Source: the human T2T-CHM13v2.0 reference genome, Homo sapiens. Taken from it: a stretch of 64,000 bases of DNA. The notes below the pieces were generated by a model. It saw only the letters and a list, made by a program, of their open reading frames with translations, searched no databases and was not told the DNA's origin. The stretch is taken from assembly GCF_009914755.1 (NCBI RefSeq), contig NC_060926.1; one strand, given 5' to 3'. Shown in pieces: positions 31,379 through 43,979 of this stretch; positions within the stretch are counted from its first letter, which is position 1, and the number at the start of each line of letters is the position of its first letter. The position numbers and the translations under genes were made by a program.

Positions 31379-31859
31379 GGGAGAGGTTTCTGTTAAATGA
31401 AAACTTGCTATCTTGTTATGCAACAGGAAGAGCAGCAACTTAAAAACTTTTTGAAACTTTCTCTACAATGATGATTATACTCTTAAACAATATAATTCTT
31501 TTCACCAAACGTGATCTTAAAACACTTAAGCAACATAACTGACTACACTTTCCCTGTAAGGATCTCTCATGGGGTCTGTTATCACATTGTTAGCACCAAA
31601 ATGCTAAAACTGTGAAATATTCTAGTGGCTACCCAGCAAATTAATAAAGATATTGATTTATCATACATATAACTGCAACCCTGGGAGCTAATTGGAGCAT
31701 CATTATTTAATTATTAAAATTAGATCCTTGATTGTAATCAGAATTATGTGGAAAGTCGCTAGTTTCAGTTTTCCAATTATACATTACAAACATCCATTTA
31801 TCTGCCAACGAAGGGGGATAGATTAGGGGAGGGGAGGACATTCTAGTTTAACACATGAG

Positions 31860-32290
31860 GGTCTTAATTTTTTTCCCTACTTACCTCTCTGGTTTTATCT
31901 CTTCTCACTTCATCCAATTAACTACATTTCCAGACAGGCTTTTTGAAGCTAGATTTCAACATGCCAGGGCTTTCCATACCACTATACTGTTGCATGGAAT
32001 GTTGCCCTTCTCTCAGTCACTTGATCATTGACAGACTAAGTCATACTCATCCACTGCGACCTAATTTAAACATCACCTCTTCTGTGAAATCATCTCCAAG
32101 CCCTCTGGGCAGAGTAAGCACTCTGTTCTCCAGGCTCCCACAGCATGTAATAGGTACCGCTATTATAGCACTAACTGCACTAGTGGTTCCCCACACTCAG
32201 CTCTGCAGTCCTCAAAGCAAAGAGAGTCTCTTAAAGCTTTGTGTATGTTAACACCTGACACTGTGCTTGCCATTTATTTTTTGACAAGTT
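31860..32290 (+). mobile_element. L2 3' fragment
   Basis: aaacatcacctcttctgtgaaatcatctcc and the downstream L2 tail pattern. Confidence 0.65.
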
Positions 32291-32446
32291 GAAAGTTTCC
32301 AGGTGTCAGAGTCATAAAAATCCCAGTGTGAATCCTGCCTGAAATATAAAAACCATGTAACTTTAGCTAGTAAATGATTTAAGCCGAGTCTCAGTTTCCT
32401 CATTTTTAGGGTAATAATTACAATACCTACCTTGTTGAGGTTGTGT

Positions 32447-32994
32447 TGTTGTACCTGAGCGAGTTAGAGAAAACGCCACTCTTTGAGACGAATTAAGAGT
32501 CCAAGAGACAGCTAACGCTCAAAGTTCTCTCGGCCCCGAAGACGGGGCTAGATTTTCTTTTATACTTTGGTTTAGAAAGGGGAGGGAGGGTCTAGTTAAA
32601 ACAATTTTACAGAAGTCGGCAAAAAAGTTAAAAGGATAAATGGTTACAGGGAAGTAAACAGTTCCAGATGCAGGGGCTTTAAGACTATTACAAGCTGCTA
32701 GACGCCCGGTAGACGCAGGGCTTTCTTTGGGCGTTATCAATCGGATGAATTCCTGGGAACTGCGGGTATTGCTCGCCACAGTATCTTATCAGTTAATTGC
32801 ATTCTTGGACGTGCTGGGAGTCAGCTTGCACAAGTTAAGTCCTTGAGGAAGGGGCTGCCAGTGAAAGAGCCAAGACGGAGTCTGTCTGGCTCTCTTAGCT
32901 AAGGGAGAGTCAATTCAGGTGGAAACAAGGCTAGGTGATTAAAGGAAAGGGAGAGTCTAAAAACGGGGTAGTAAAAACAAAGTTGGGCATTACA
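32447..32994 (-). mobile_element. ERV1 solo LTR (LTR6A-like, HERV-S71/HERV-T), inserted in a MIR
   Basis: Minus strand runs TGTAATGCCCAAC...GGTACAACA. 4-bp TSD gtgt at 32443-32446 and 32995-32998. Many CpGs retained. Confidence 0.85.
32558..32564 (-). promoter_or_regulatory. TATA box (TATAAAA) of the LTR6A-like LTR
   Basis: Plus-strand ttttata about 110 bp from the LTR 3' end, the expected U3 position. Activity unknown. Confidence 0.55.
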
Positions 32995-33261
32995 GTGTAG
33001 GAAGTAAATGTGTTATTTATATTGTAAAGCGTAATGTCTGACATGTCAGCATCCAGTGAATGATTGATTGCTGCAAAGGATGCATGAAAAATAAAACTGA
33101 AAGACAGAGAGGATTTCAAGGTTCCAAAACATAAAAGCAGCTGTAAGCAGTTAAACTAGATGAAAGAAAGGGGAATCTCCCTGGATGAAGCATAAAAAGA
33201 GGTCTTTAAGTAGTACAAGGGCCAATAAAATGGAGTGAACTTAAAATAGTATAAAAGGGCC

Positions 33262-33560
33262 AGCTGGGCATGGTGGCTGACGCCTGTAATCCCAGCACTT
33301 TGGGAGGCCGAGGTGGGTGGATCATGAGGTCAGGAGTTTGAGACCAGCCTGACCAACATAGTCAAACCCTGTCTCTACTAAAAATACAAAAAATTAGCTG
33401 GGCGTGGTGGTGGGCACCTGTAATCCCAGCTACTTGGGAGGCTGAGGCAGGAGAATCGCTTGAACCGGGAGGTGGAGGTTGCAGTGAGCCAAGATTATTG
33501 CGCCACTGCACTCCAGCCCAGGATACAGAGTGAGACTCCATCTCAAAAAAAAAAAAAAAG
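33262..33560 (+). mobile_element. AluS (Sg-like)
   Basis: Full Alu body and poly-A, flanked by aagggcc. Confidence 0.9.
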
Positions 33561-34269
33561 AAGGGCCCTTCTGCACACTGAAGGGGCTTGCTCCATCTTG
33601 GCTCTCGTAGTGAGAAGAATGTGTCTTTGGGTTTAGCATGGATGGCAGCTGGCAAGGTGACTCTAGCAGAAAGTCAATGGGGCAAAAAAGCAGATTGGAT
33701 AGCCTTAAGAAAGTAGTTAAAGTTACTGACGATGGAACAAGAAAGTAAAGTAGGCTATAGCAGCTAACAAACTTGAAGAAGAGAGAAGGGTTAAGGGCTC
33801 TGAGTGAAGCCAAGAGAATATTTATTGAAGTGTGGGAGTAAAATAAATGTAAGGCAAGGTAATTATTATCAGAAAGTGGAAACGTTGAGTGTAACTTCTC
33901 AAAGGTAGAACAGTTTTTATGAAATGCAAGGCAAATCTATCTTAAGGATTTGAGAAATGCAAGAAATTCACTGTGCCCTAACCCTATCCAAACCAAATCC
34001 ACATCAAAACAATGAACTCAAGTTGTATCTCTTTCACATCTCCCTGGAGTTCCAGTATTTCTTAAGCTTTTACTCTCTGAAGCAAAAAATACAGCACTTT
34101 GTATTATTCTGTCTTGCATTATTCTAAGTATCTTAGCTTCTCCCATCAAATGCAGTTAGCCATGTTAATTTACACTTGTATCTGTTGTCACACAAAGATA
34201 CTCTAGCACCTTTCCCCTAATTACATAGTTAATGTTGACCAGAGATAGGTTTATTTATTGATACACTAT

Positions 34270-34658
34270 GTGCAAAACAACCACCACCCTGATACCCTTT
34301 CAAGGAAAGACTTATCCGAGAGCGCTGCTGGCAAACAGCCTTCATTCACCCTACAGAGATTTCTTCAGCTGCAAAGAGCCAATTTGCCCAAACTTACACC
34401 CCTTCCCAGAGGGACCCTAATTAATGACTGATTGATGCCAACCAGGATAACTTTGATGGGTCGTTCCAGCACCACAGCTACCGAAAGAGTTAGACAAGGC
34501 TGCTGTCAGGCATGACTCACAACCTGGTATCTCTCTATGTCCAATCCTACTTCCTACTGCCCAGCCACAGCTGTTAATCCCAAAGTCATTCTCCAATAAT
34601 ATTTTGCACACTAAATTCCATCGAGGCATATCCTTCTTGGTGGAACCCAACCGATAAC
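34270..34658 (+). mobile_element. ERVL LTR (LTR16-like), followed by (CAA)n at 34657-34676
   Basis: Terminal ttctccaataatattttgcacactaaattccatc...ggaacccaacc. Confidence 0.55.
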
Positions 34659-34679
34659 AACAACAACAACAACAACTTA

Positions 34680-35051
<372 letters not shown>

Positions 35052-36174
35052 CTATGACATCAAATATGGAATGTTTATTTGATGCCATAGCTATTTTTAT
35101 TTTTTCTCATAATACTGATAGATTAGTGTAAATTAGAGAGAAAGTAAACATAAATAGCATAGCTGTTTATTCATAAGATATTCACAATGATATCCTATTT
35201 TATTCTAGGAACTAGAGTAGTAACCAAGATGGACATGGTATCTTACATCAGAAATTTACTGTATCTACAGAAAAAGTAAAAGCCTTTAAAAATTAAAATA
35301 ATGACAATTTAGGTAAAGGGTCTTGTTGCATTCTTTTATGTATTCTTTCATTCCCTAAAGAAGGGCTTTTTAAGTTCACATTATCTCAAACTTCATGAAG
35401 TGACTGAAGGTAAAATCAATGCAATCCAAGACTGAAATAGTATAAACATTATAAAGGGTGTGGCAGTCGTATGTCTACATAAATATATCCAATCTATAAT
35501 GAATTTATTGTCAATCAAATTGCATTCTCTCATATTACCTTCTTGAATAGAATGTCTTTTTGTCTTTACATATACCTAGGAAGTGGTTTAAGTTACACCC
35601 TGAGGAAATTCAGTTCATAATAAATTTGTTTGAGAATAAGAAAGATTCAAATAAAATAGTCATTGAAGAAGTACAATATCATTTCTGGGATAAATTTTTA
35701 TAGAATAAGGTAATAATCCATCTTAAAACGATAGGCATTAACTTGCCTAGAAAGCAAACAACTTGGAGAATTTGCAGTGTGAGAGACATTGTGTTGGCTG
35801 CTGAAGATTATTTGGCAAGACCACTTTAAAATTAAGAGCTAAGATCCCTGACAAGTTTTAAAATCTTAAAATACATTTTTAAAGACTTGAAAAACAGATG
35901 TACTAGAAAAAAATCACTAAGTTGACAGAAAAGGGAAGACAATAAAAGAAAAATATTAAATGGAAATAGAAAAAATATATGTGGTCTGAGATATACCAGA
36001 GGATGAGAGGGTCTTGTAAATCCTGATAAAGAAAGAGCAAAAAGTACAAATATAAAGCATTAATAATAAGAAAAGAGATAAAACTATAGGAATTATATCA
36101 GAAACAAGATGAAAACATCATAGTTATAAGAACCAGATGTTATTAGACTACTACTAACAGACCACACAGAAATA

Positions 36175-36458
36175 CAGTTAACCTCTGAAGAACAACAGCC
36201 CATGGGTTTGACCTGCACGGGTCCAATTACAGGTGGATTTTTGTTTCAATACAGCTGACCCTCTGTATTAGCAGGTTTCACATATGCAACTAGTACTGCA
36301 ATATAGTATTGCTGAGAAGCAAATCATGCAGATATGAAAGGGTCAAGTTTTTGTATACGTGGGTTCTTCAGGCTGACTGTGGGACTTGAGTATGCGTGAA
36401 TTTTGTTATCTGCAGAGGTCCTGGAACCAATCCCTCCCTGGATATAGAGGGATAACTG
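36175..36458. mobile_element. Tigger-derived MITE (MER2-like) within old L1M remnants
   Basis: ta|cagttaacctct ... agagggataactg|ta inverted termini with TA duplication, internal ctggaaccaatccc. Confidence 0.75.
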
Positions 36459-37303
36459 TATGCAAAACAAGAAGAGTTAATTTATGCCAACAATATCCAA
36501 TTAAAAATATGAATAAGAAATAAGATACCAATCACAATAGGAACAGAAACAACAAAATATTGACAAGTAACTCCAATGAAAAAAATACAATCATATTTCA
36601 AGAAAATTATAAAACTAAAGTATATCTGAATGAAATGTTTCAATACTGTAAAGTTTCAGCTTTCTCCAAATTAAACTACATGTTTAATTCAATGTTATAT
36701 AAGATGTCATTTGGGAGAGGAAGGGATGTTAATGCAATTATAGACTTCACAGCAAAAAAAAAAAGTCTGAATGCTTTGAATAATAATGAAAGCATACTTG
36801 CTCTGACAAATATCAAAATGTCCAATAAAGAGGAAGTACATGAAATGGTGTTTTATTTTCATTTTTGGAAGTAGAAACACACAGCTCAATGGAACAGAAA
36901 AGAGGCTTCAAAATAAGACGAATATATTCTGGCAATTTAGCTACATAGTAGTTATAAATCCACTAGTTCTGGATGCTTAGGTCTAAAAATATTCATTTTT
37001 AAGAAAGCAACAACATAAATGAAATATACACCTTAACTCTCACTTTTCTCTATGTGTCAGATGGTTCTAAGGTATAATCTGTAGAAATTCCTAATAAACC
37101 CCTGCATTCTCTTCTCTTTTCCAGCACCCTGAGACCCCTGGGAGCCTCCTTCTTACCCCTGAAGACCTTTCTCTAGGTCCTAGTTTTATAATCTTTTTCT
37201 CTTGATGACTTTTTTTTCCCCCTCTGATCTATCTCTTCATGAAATGCCCTTCTCCTACATGTGTAACAACTAAAGAATGATGTAGCTTTTTACCCACTTA
37301 CTC

Positions 37304-37600
37304 TTTTTTTTTTTCTGAGATGGAGTTTCACTCTTGTTGTTCAGCTTGGAGTGCAATGGCACGATCTAGGCTCACTGCAACCTCCACCTCCCGGGTTCAA
37401 GTGATTCTCCTGTCTCAGCCTTCTAAGTAGCTGGAATTACACGTGCCTGCCACCATGCCCAGCTAATCTTTTGTATTTTTAGTAGAAATGGGTTTTTGCC
37501 ATGTTGGCCAGGCTGGTCTCAAACTCTTGACCTCAGGTGATCCACCTGCCTCCAATTCCCAAAGTGCTGGGATTACAAGCATGAGCCACTGCATCCAGCC
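37304..37600 (-). mobile_element. AluS (Sq-like)
   Basis: Reverse Alu. TSD ccacttactc at 37294-37303 and 37601-37610. Confidence 0.92.
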
Positions 37601-40058
37601 CCACTTACTCACTCTATCGAGCGAGTATTTTTATTCACTTGTTATTTCTGTCCTAAAAACATGAAGAAGCAAGGAAAAATGCAATATCCAAATGGTCTAT
37701 AGAGAGGAGGGTTAGGAAAAAACCTGTAAAATACCATATATTAATCCATTATTGTCTATGGCATATATGATTTAGGGGATGAGGCATATCTAATCAGTCA
37801 AGCAAAAAAAGAAAGCCTCAAAGATATATTTCAAATTTGTTATAGCAAACATCACTGAACTTAACCAGACCATCATTTGTACATATTTTCTGCATTTCTA
37901 TGAGTGTATATTAGTTTATAATCAGAACATACTAACATAAATGGATTCATTTGTACAGAATCTATTAACACTCTTTTTCAATCCACACATATACATCTAT
38001 TTGATAAAATAATGTTTTCCTATATTGAAACACAGCTGTCCAAAATTTATCAAGTAAATTTTGAGAGCTAAAGAAGTTTTGTAATATAACAAATTGTTAA
38101 TTCAAAGGAAGCTTATTATGGAATATGGTTAAATTCTCATTATCAAGGTAAATTGACTGTATTATACAATATTTCAGAAAAATTACACAATGCAAATTCA
38201 TCTTTTACATATTTATTTTCATTAGAGCTATACTCAATTGAAATCTAAATTATTAAAATGGTAAAGAGACATCAAGTCACTACTTCACAATTATTTCAAT
38301 TTTTATTTTTTAACCTTCACATGATAGTAAAAATATTACTTAAAAATGATCAGTTGCTAAATGAATTTCATCAATAGATTTTTTAATTCAAAAAAAATCA
38401 GCTTTTTAAGAGTAACTAAAATTTCCCCAAAAAGAAAGATTATATCTTCGTATGTTATTATTTGATAAGAGAATCTATTTTATTTCATTAATCAAAATGC
38501 TATAAAAACAGGCAAAAGAATAATTCAGTTAAAGTGGCAGTTTTGTATGTCTGTGGGGAATAAAAGAGAACTTCAGCTAGAGCCATCTGACATGCTTGGT
38601 GGCCTCTAAGGCACAATCCACTTTAGTTAAACTCACTATACACCTCAATCTTTTGAAACACTGACTGCCAAGAGAGGCTCCAGAGCTTTAGACCACGCAT
38701 CTCTCCACGTCCTCCTCCTCTCCCCTGTCCTTTCAAATAGGGCCAATACTTCTAAGCCTGCTTACACAGAAATTCTAGATAAGTCCTCTGCAACTAGATC
38801 ATCAGCTTTTTGTGGTCCAAAGACCTCACTAGAGGGCATGTGAAGCTTGAACTGGAAAAAATGAACCCTGAAAACAGGAAGATCAGGCACAGATCAAAAT
38901 GGAAATGTCTACAATGTCGTGCTGGGCTGAGAAATAGAGGAAAGTTGCAGATAACTTGGGTGACTCAGTTGATGGTGTCAACATTCATTACAATAAGAAC
39001 ATGGGAAAAGCAAGTCGGGCTTAGGAGTAAAACTTACATCTGTTTGCAATATGTTAAACTGGGGTATGTTGAATCCTCTGTGTGGTTTCAACTAGTTAGT
39101 AAACAGTTGAATATTCTGGTCTAAGTTTGAGAAGAAAGGCTTTTGGAAGAAAGGCCTTGGCAAAAAATCAAGAAATCTATTTTATTTCTTATTTTCACCT
39201 GATACATTCTTACCATTGGAATACTCCTATTTATTTCTTTTGTATAGACTTTATATTAAATTTACCTATTTTCTCCTACTTTTGAAATTCTTCTAGTAAA
39301 GTGAAAACTTGGACATATATACATGTACACCATGTACTAGGAAAAGGGGAAATGAACATTCTTTTTTCTTTTTAGTTGGTGTTACTCTTTATTTATTAGA
39401 CTGCCCATATAAATGTACCCAACAATTTGAGTAACGTCACTTGGCAGAAGGAGACATTTTTGAGTCATGCCATAGATTTGAGCCCTGCTCCATCATTTAC
39501 TTGCTGTGGGACTTTGGACCTGCATCCACCCTCTCAGAACTTGTGTCTTCATTGTGTATCACCTATTTTACAGATTGTTGTGAGATTAAACAGTGTAAGA
39601 TACAAAAGGGTCCTAATACACTGACTGTTAAAACTGAGCAGTGACTTAGAATAATCTCTTGAGCAGTCCAGGGCACATATTGACCTCTTAAGTCTCCTTT
39701 AGAGTTATAATATTAGCATAATAACACTGAGCTTTAAGAAAAGTCTTTAAGCCAGTGATTCCTGTGTATATACCCTCCAGAGGGATTCCAAATCCCCAGG
39801 AACTGAATGAAAGTCATGGTTGAATGCACTCGTATGCATACTTTTTCTGAACAAAGGATCCATAGCTTTCATCAGATTTTTCAAAGAAATCTCTGAATGG
39901 AAAAAATGCTAAGAGTCCTTGCTTTGGGCTCTTTTTACTTCTGCCTACAAAGAAAATGTCTTTGGAATAAAAATATAACTGGTCACGCTAATTTCAATTA
40001 CCGTCAGCCTGTGTAAGAAGATACTCTTTGAGCTAACAGGCTCACAAAAAATAATTTC

Positions 40059-40061
<3 letters not shown>

Positions 40062-40106
<45 letters not shown>
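40062..40106. repeat. Perfect (TG)22 microsatellite
   Basis: Directly visible. Confidence 0.97.
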
Positions 40107-40108
<2 letters not shown>

Positions 40109-42588
40109 CCTGTCAAGTTAGACAGACTCAGTGTGTTAACATTTAGAGTCCTTCTGTCAAGAAGCATGCAGTTGTTAAATGTCTTCTTTCACCTTGGTAA
40201 TCTTTATACCTCTATAGTCTATGAAAACAATGGCCACCATAAATATTTCTGTAGCTGTTAATAATAAGGTTGACAGTACTACTGCCAAGCTCTATCCTTA
40301 GCCAAATTAGATTGCACATATTATTTCCTATAAAACTTCTCTTGTATTTAAATCAAAAAGGATAACTTTTAACTATTCCCAATATTTTAAAATTTCAACT
40401 TATGAGAAAAATCAAAGAAGAATTTCACTTTTAACTGCAATCTAGTGGGTATTTTCTTAGACATTTTTCCCAGCAGTGACTACCTTAAGTAAAGTTATAA
40501 ACTACCACTTCTCAATATGGGTGCTTCTTGTCTTTCTTGTTTCCATGTGAGGATGACAAGATCATTTGCTTAAGGAGCCTGTAGTTCTCAATAAGCAATC
40601 ATTGATTGTCCAAAGAATGTATAGTGCTGTTCATTATAAGGGAAGCTTTCCACAATAGAATGAGATTATTGAATGGCTGAAATTAGAGGGTACTTATTCT
40701 TTCATTTTACCTTCACAAAACCCAATAGGAAAAAACAAAACAAAACAAGGTCAGAAGGAGCTCTCCTAGGATTTTTCAATTTCATTTCCTTATGATTCTC
40801 CCAGTTAACTGTTTTAAGTACATGCATTTTCTCTGCTCCTTCCCAAATCCTGCTGAAACAAGAGTGAAGGTTTTAAGGTCGTAAAAAGATACAAATACAG
40901 GAACAAAGAGGATGGGATAATAGCAAGTGAAAAAATGACAACAGATCTCAGAAAAATGATAAGAAATGGAGACAGCAAAATGAGAAAAGCAAAAAGCCAA
41001 GTGCCTACAAAGAGGGATGCCAATAATACAAAAGCCATTTCCATCAGGAAAAAATAGGAAAAGGTATAAAAACTAAGAAATTTAGTAGCGCAGATGGTGA
41101 AGTTGAAAGGTAGGACTGAAAACAAGAATAACAATTAAAATCCTTATAAATTGCTATTAAACTCTGTAAATATCTTTTTATTCAGAGTACCAGGTGTACC
41201 AGGTGACTAACTCCATTCTGGCAAAAAACTATAAATTTTTAAATGGAGAAATGAGCCAAAAAGTCACTACATTTGGGGACACCACACACAGTGGAAAATG
41301 GGGAAGGGGAGGCTAACTGTAAAAATAACTTTTTGTTTCTTTTTGGTTTTTTTTGAATGTCCACATGGTGAGCCAAACTACTTGGAATCATCTGTAAAAA
41401 TGCTGGCAGCCAGATATGTAATTTAGCAGCAGACAAACTGACAGATTTCTCTCTGGAAAGAGAGAAATCTTTTGAGTTAACTAAGGTGGGTAACTCAAAC
41501 AAATGGTCACATACCTGCTCACAGTAAAGTTCAAATCAACAGATATTTGTGCAAAAACTCTAGCTCTAAAAACAGACCCGATTTAAACAAACAGAAAGAA
41601 AAGAACCCTGAGGGAGGAGACAATTCAGGGACTTGAAAATAACATTTAAGAAATTAGCATCCTAAAACATATGAAAAAATATATTGTATCTATCAACCAA
41701 GTATCATGCATTTAAAGAAAAATGATGACAAGAAAGATGGTTTTAGAAATTGAAAGTATCATATATGGTATTATCATATACAATAACTGCGAAGGAAAAG
41801 TCAAGAAAATTCTCAGAAAAAGAAAAAACATACACCTGGAAAATCTGAGAAAACATACTAGAAAATTAGAGGATCCATTTAGAAGGTCCAGCATATAATT
41901 AGTAAGAATTCCAGAAAAAGGAACAAAAAAAGTGTGAAAAATATTATCAAAGATGCCATGGGATTGGGGGTGGGGACGGGAATCCCCAAACTGAAAGACA
42001 TAAGTTTCCGGATTCAAAGTTTCCAGATTCAAAGCATCCCTCAAGAGCTCAGAACAATGAATGAAGAAAAAAAAAAGCCCCAACTTTCATTGCTTGGAAA
42101 TTTTGGAAATACCAGACAGGAGAAAAGATCCCCAAATATTGCCAAGAGAAAAACAGAAATTTGGCATCCAAATGGCATTGGACTGCAATAACAGCAATAC
42201 TGGAAGCTAGAATAAATTGGAAAATATTTGCAAAATATTGAGGGAAAAGTACTATCAACTGAATTTCATACCCAGGCAAACTATCAAACAAGTAGGGGGT
42301 ATATAAAAAGTATTTTTGAATGTGTCAATTCTGAAAGAAGACAGAAAAACAGGAAAGATGGGAAGACAGGAAAGAAGGGAGGTGGGATGGAGGGAGGGAG
42401 GGAGGCAAAAGAAAATAAATATTACCATGTATAGGAAATAAATATCATGTAATAAGAAAGTATTGGGGGTCATATAATTGTGTCAATTATGAATTCATTA
42501 CCTCTCAACTATAAATATACCTTTCAATGTGTCCTCTGTGATAAATAAGTGAGTTCTTTTAAACATATCTTCTTTAAAGAGGGCATTA

Positions 42589-43311
42589 TGTTAAGATTTT
42601 AGGTAGCAGTCTCAGGAGGGATGCTGCAGGAAGAAGAGGCTTCCTGCAATTTCTGGCACAGGTTTGGGAGTGGAGTAGGCAGGTGTTGGGTGTAGGGGGG
42701 TGGTCAGCAGTTTGAGTGTGAGAACACTTGGTACAGTCCATCCTAGTCACAGGCCCAGGACCTGATTTGTCCTCTCCGACCTTAAAGTCTTGGCCTGATG
42801 ATAACCTTCCCATAGTTCTTTGACATGAAAACCTGAGATTTACACGATCTGCCTGCTCTCCAGGCCTCCTTCCAGTGCAGGTGCTTGGACTCTGTCAGCA
42901 AGCCCTCACACCATCTGCACTCAGTGGCGTACTTTGCTTGGGCTCTACCAGCAAGCCCCCTCACAATTAAGCACCCACTCCCCCACAGCAGCAGCTGCTG
43001 ATCACTTGTTCACCAGCCTGCAATCCAGAGGATGCTTACTGTTTGCTCAATAACCCCAGAACAACTCCAACCTGGCTAAACCAGTCAACTTTTCTCCTAC
43101 CCCCTGGCCAAAACACAACTCAAACAAAGTATGGACCCCTTCAAGTTGACCTTTCTTAGGTAATCTCCCTCACCCTTAGGGTACCATATAAAGTATCCTT
43201 ACATAGTACAGTTACTCTTGCCATGTTTAATGATTATTCACATTAAATGTCCCCCTCTTTAACCCATAGTATGGATTGCATTCTATCTCCTGATTGGGCA
43301 TAGACTACTAC
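42589..43311. mobile_element. Probable old LTR inserted in the HAL1-like element
   Basis: GC-richer block with TG...CA ends and terminal ctctcctgattggg...actaca-type motif. Family not identified. Confidence 0.35.
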
Positions 43312-43518
43312 AGATATACTTTCAGTGAAATGAAATACTAAACTAAGAAGGAGGAAGATATGGTATCCCCGAACTAAAGGATCTAATTCAGCTGAGAAGC
43401 AAAGGGGGATTCTGAATGATGAGAAAGAGAGAACTTAGAATTACAGCTGGGCCAATGACCTAGATATTACCCATCCAGACTGCAGCATGAGAGTGGAATT
43501 CTTAAGAAAGGATTTCTC

Positions 43519-43979
<461 letters not shown>

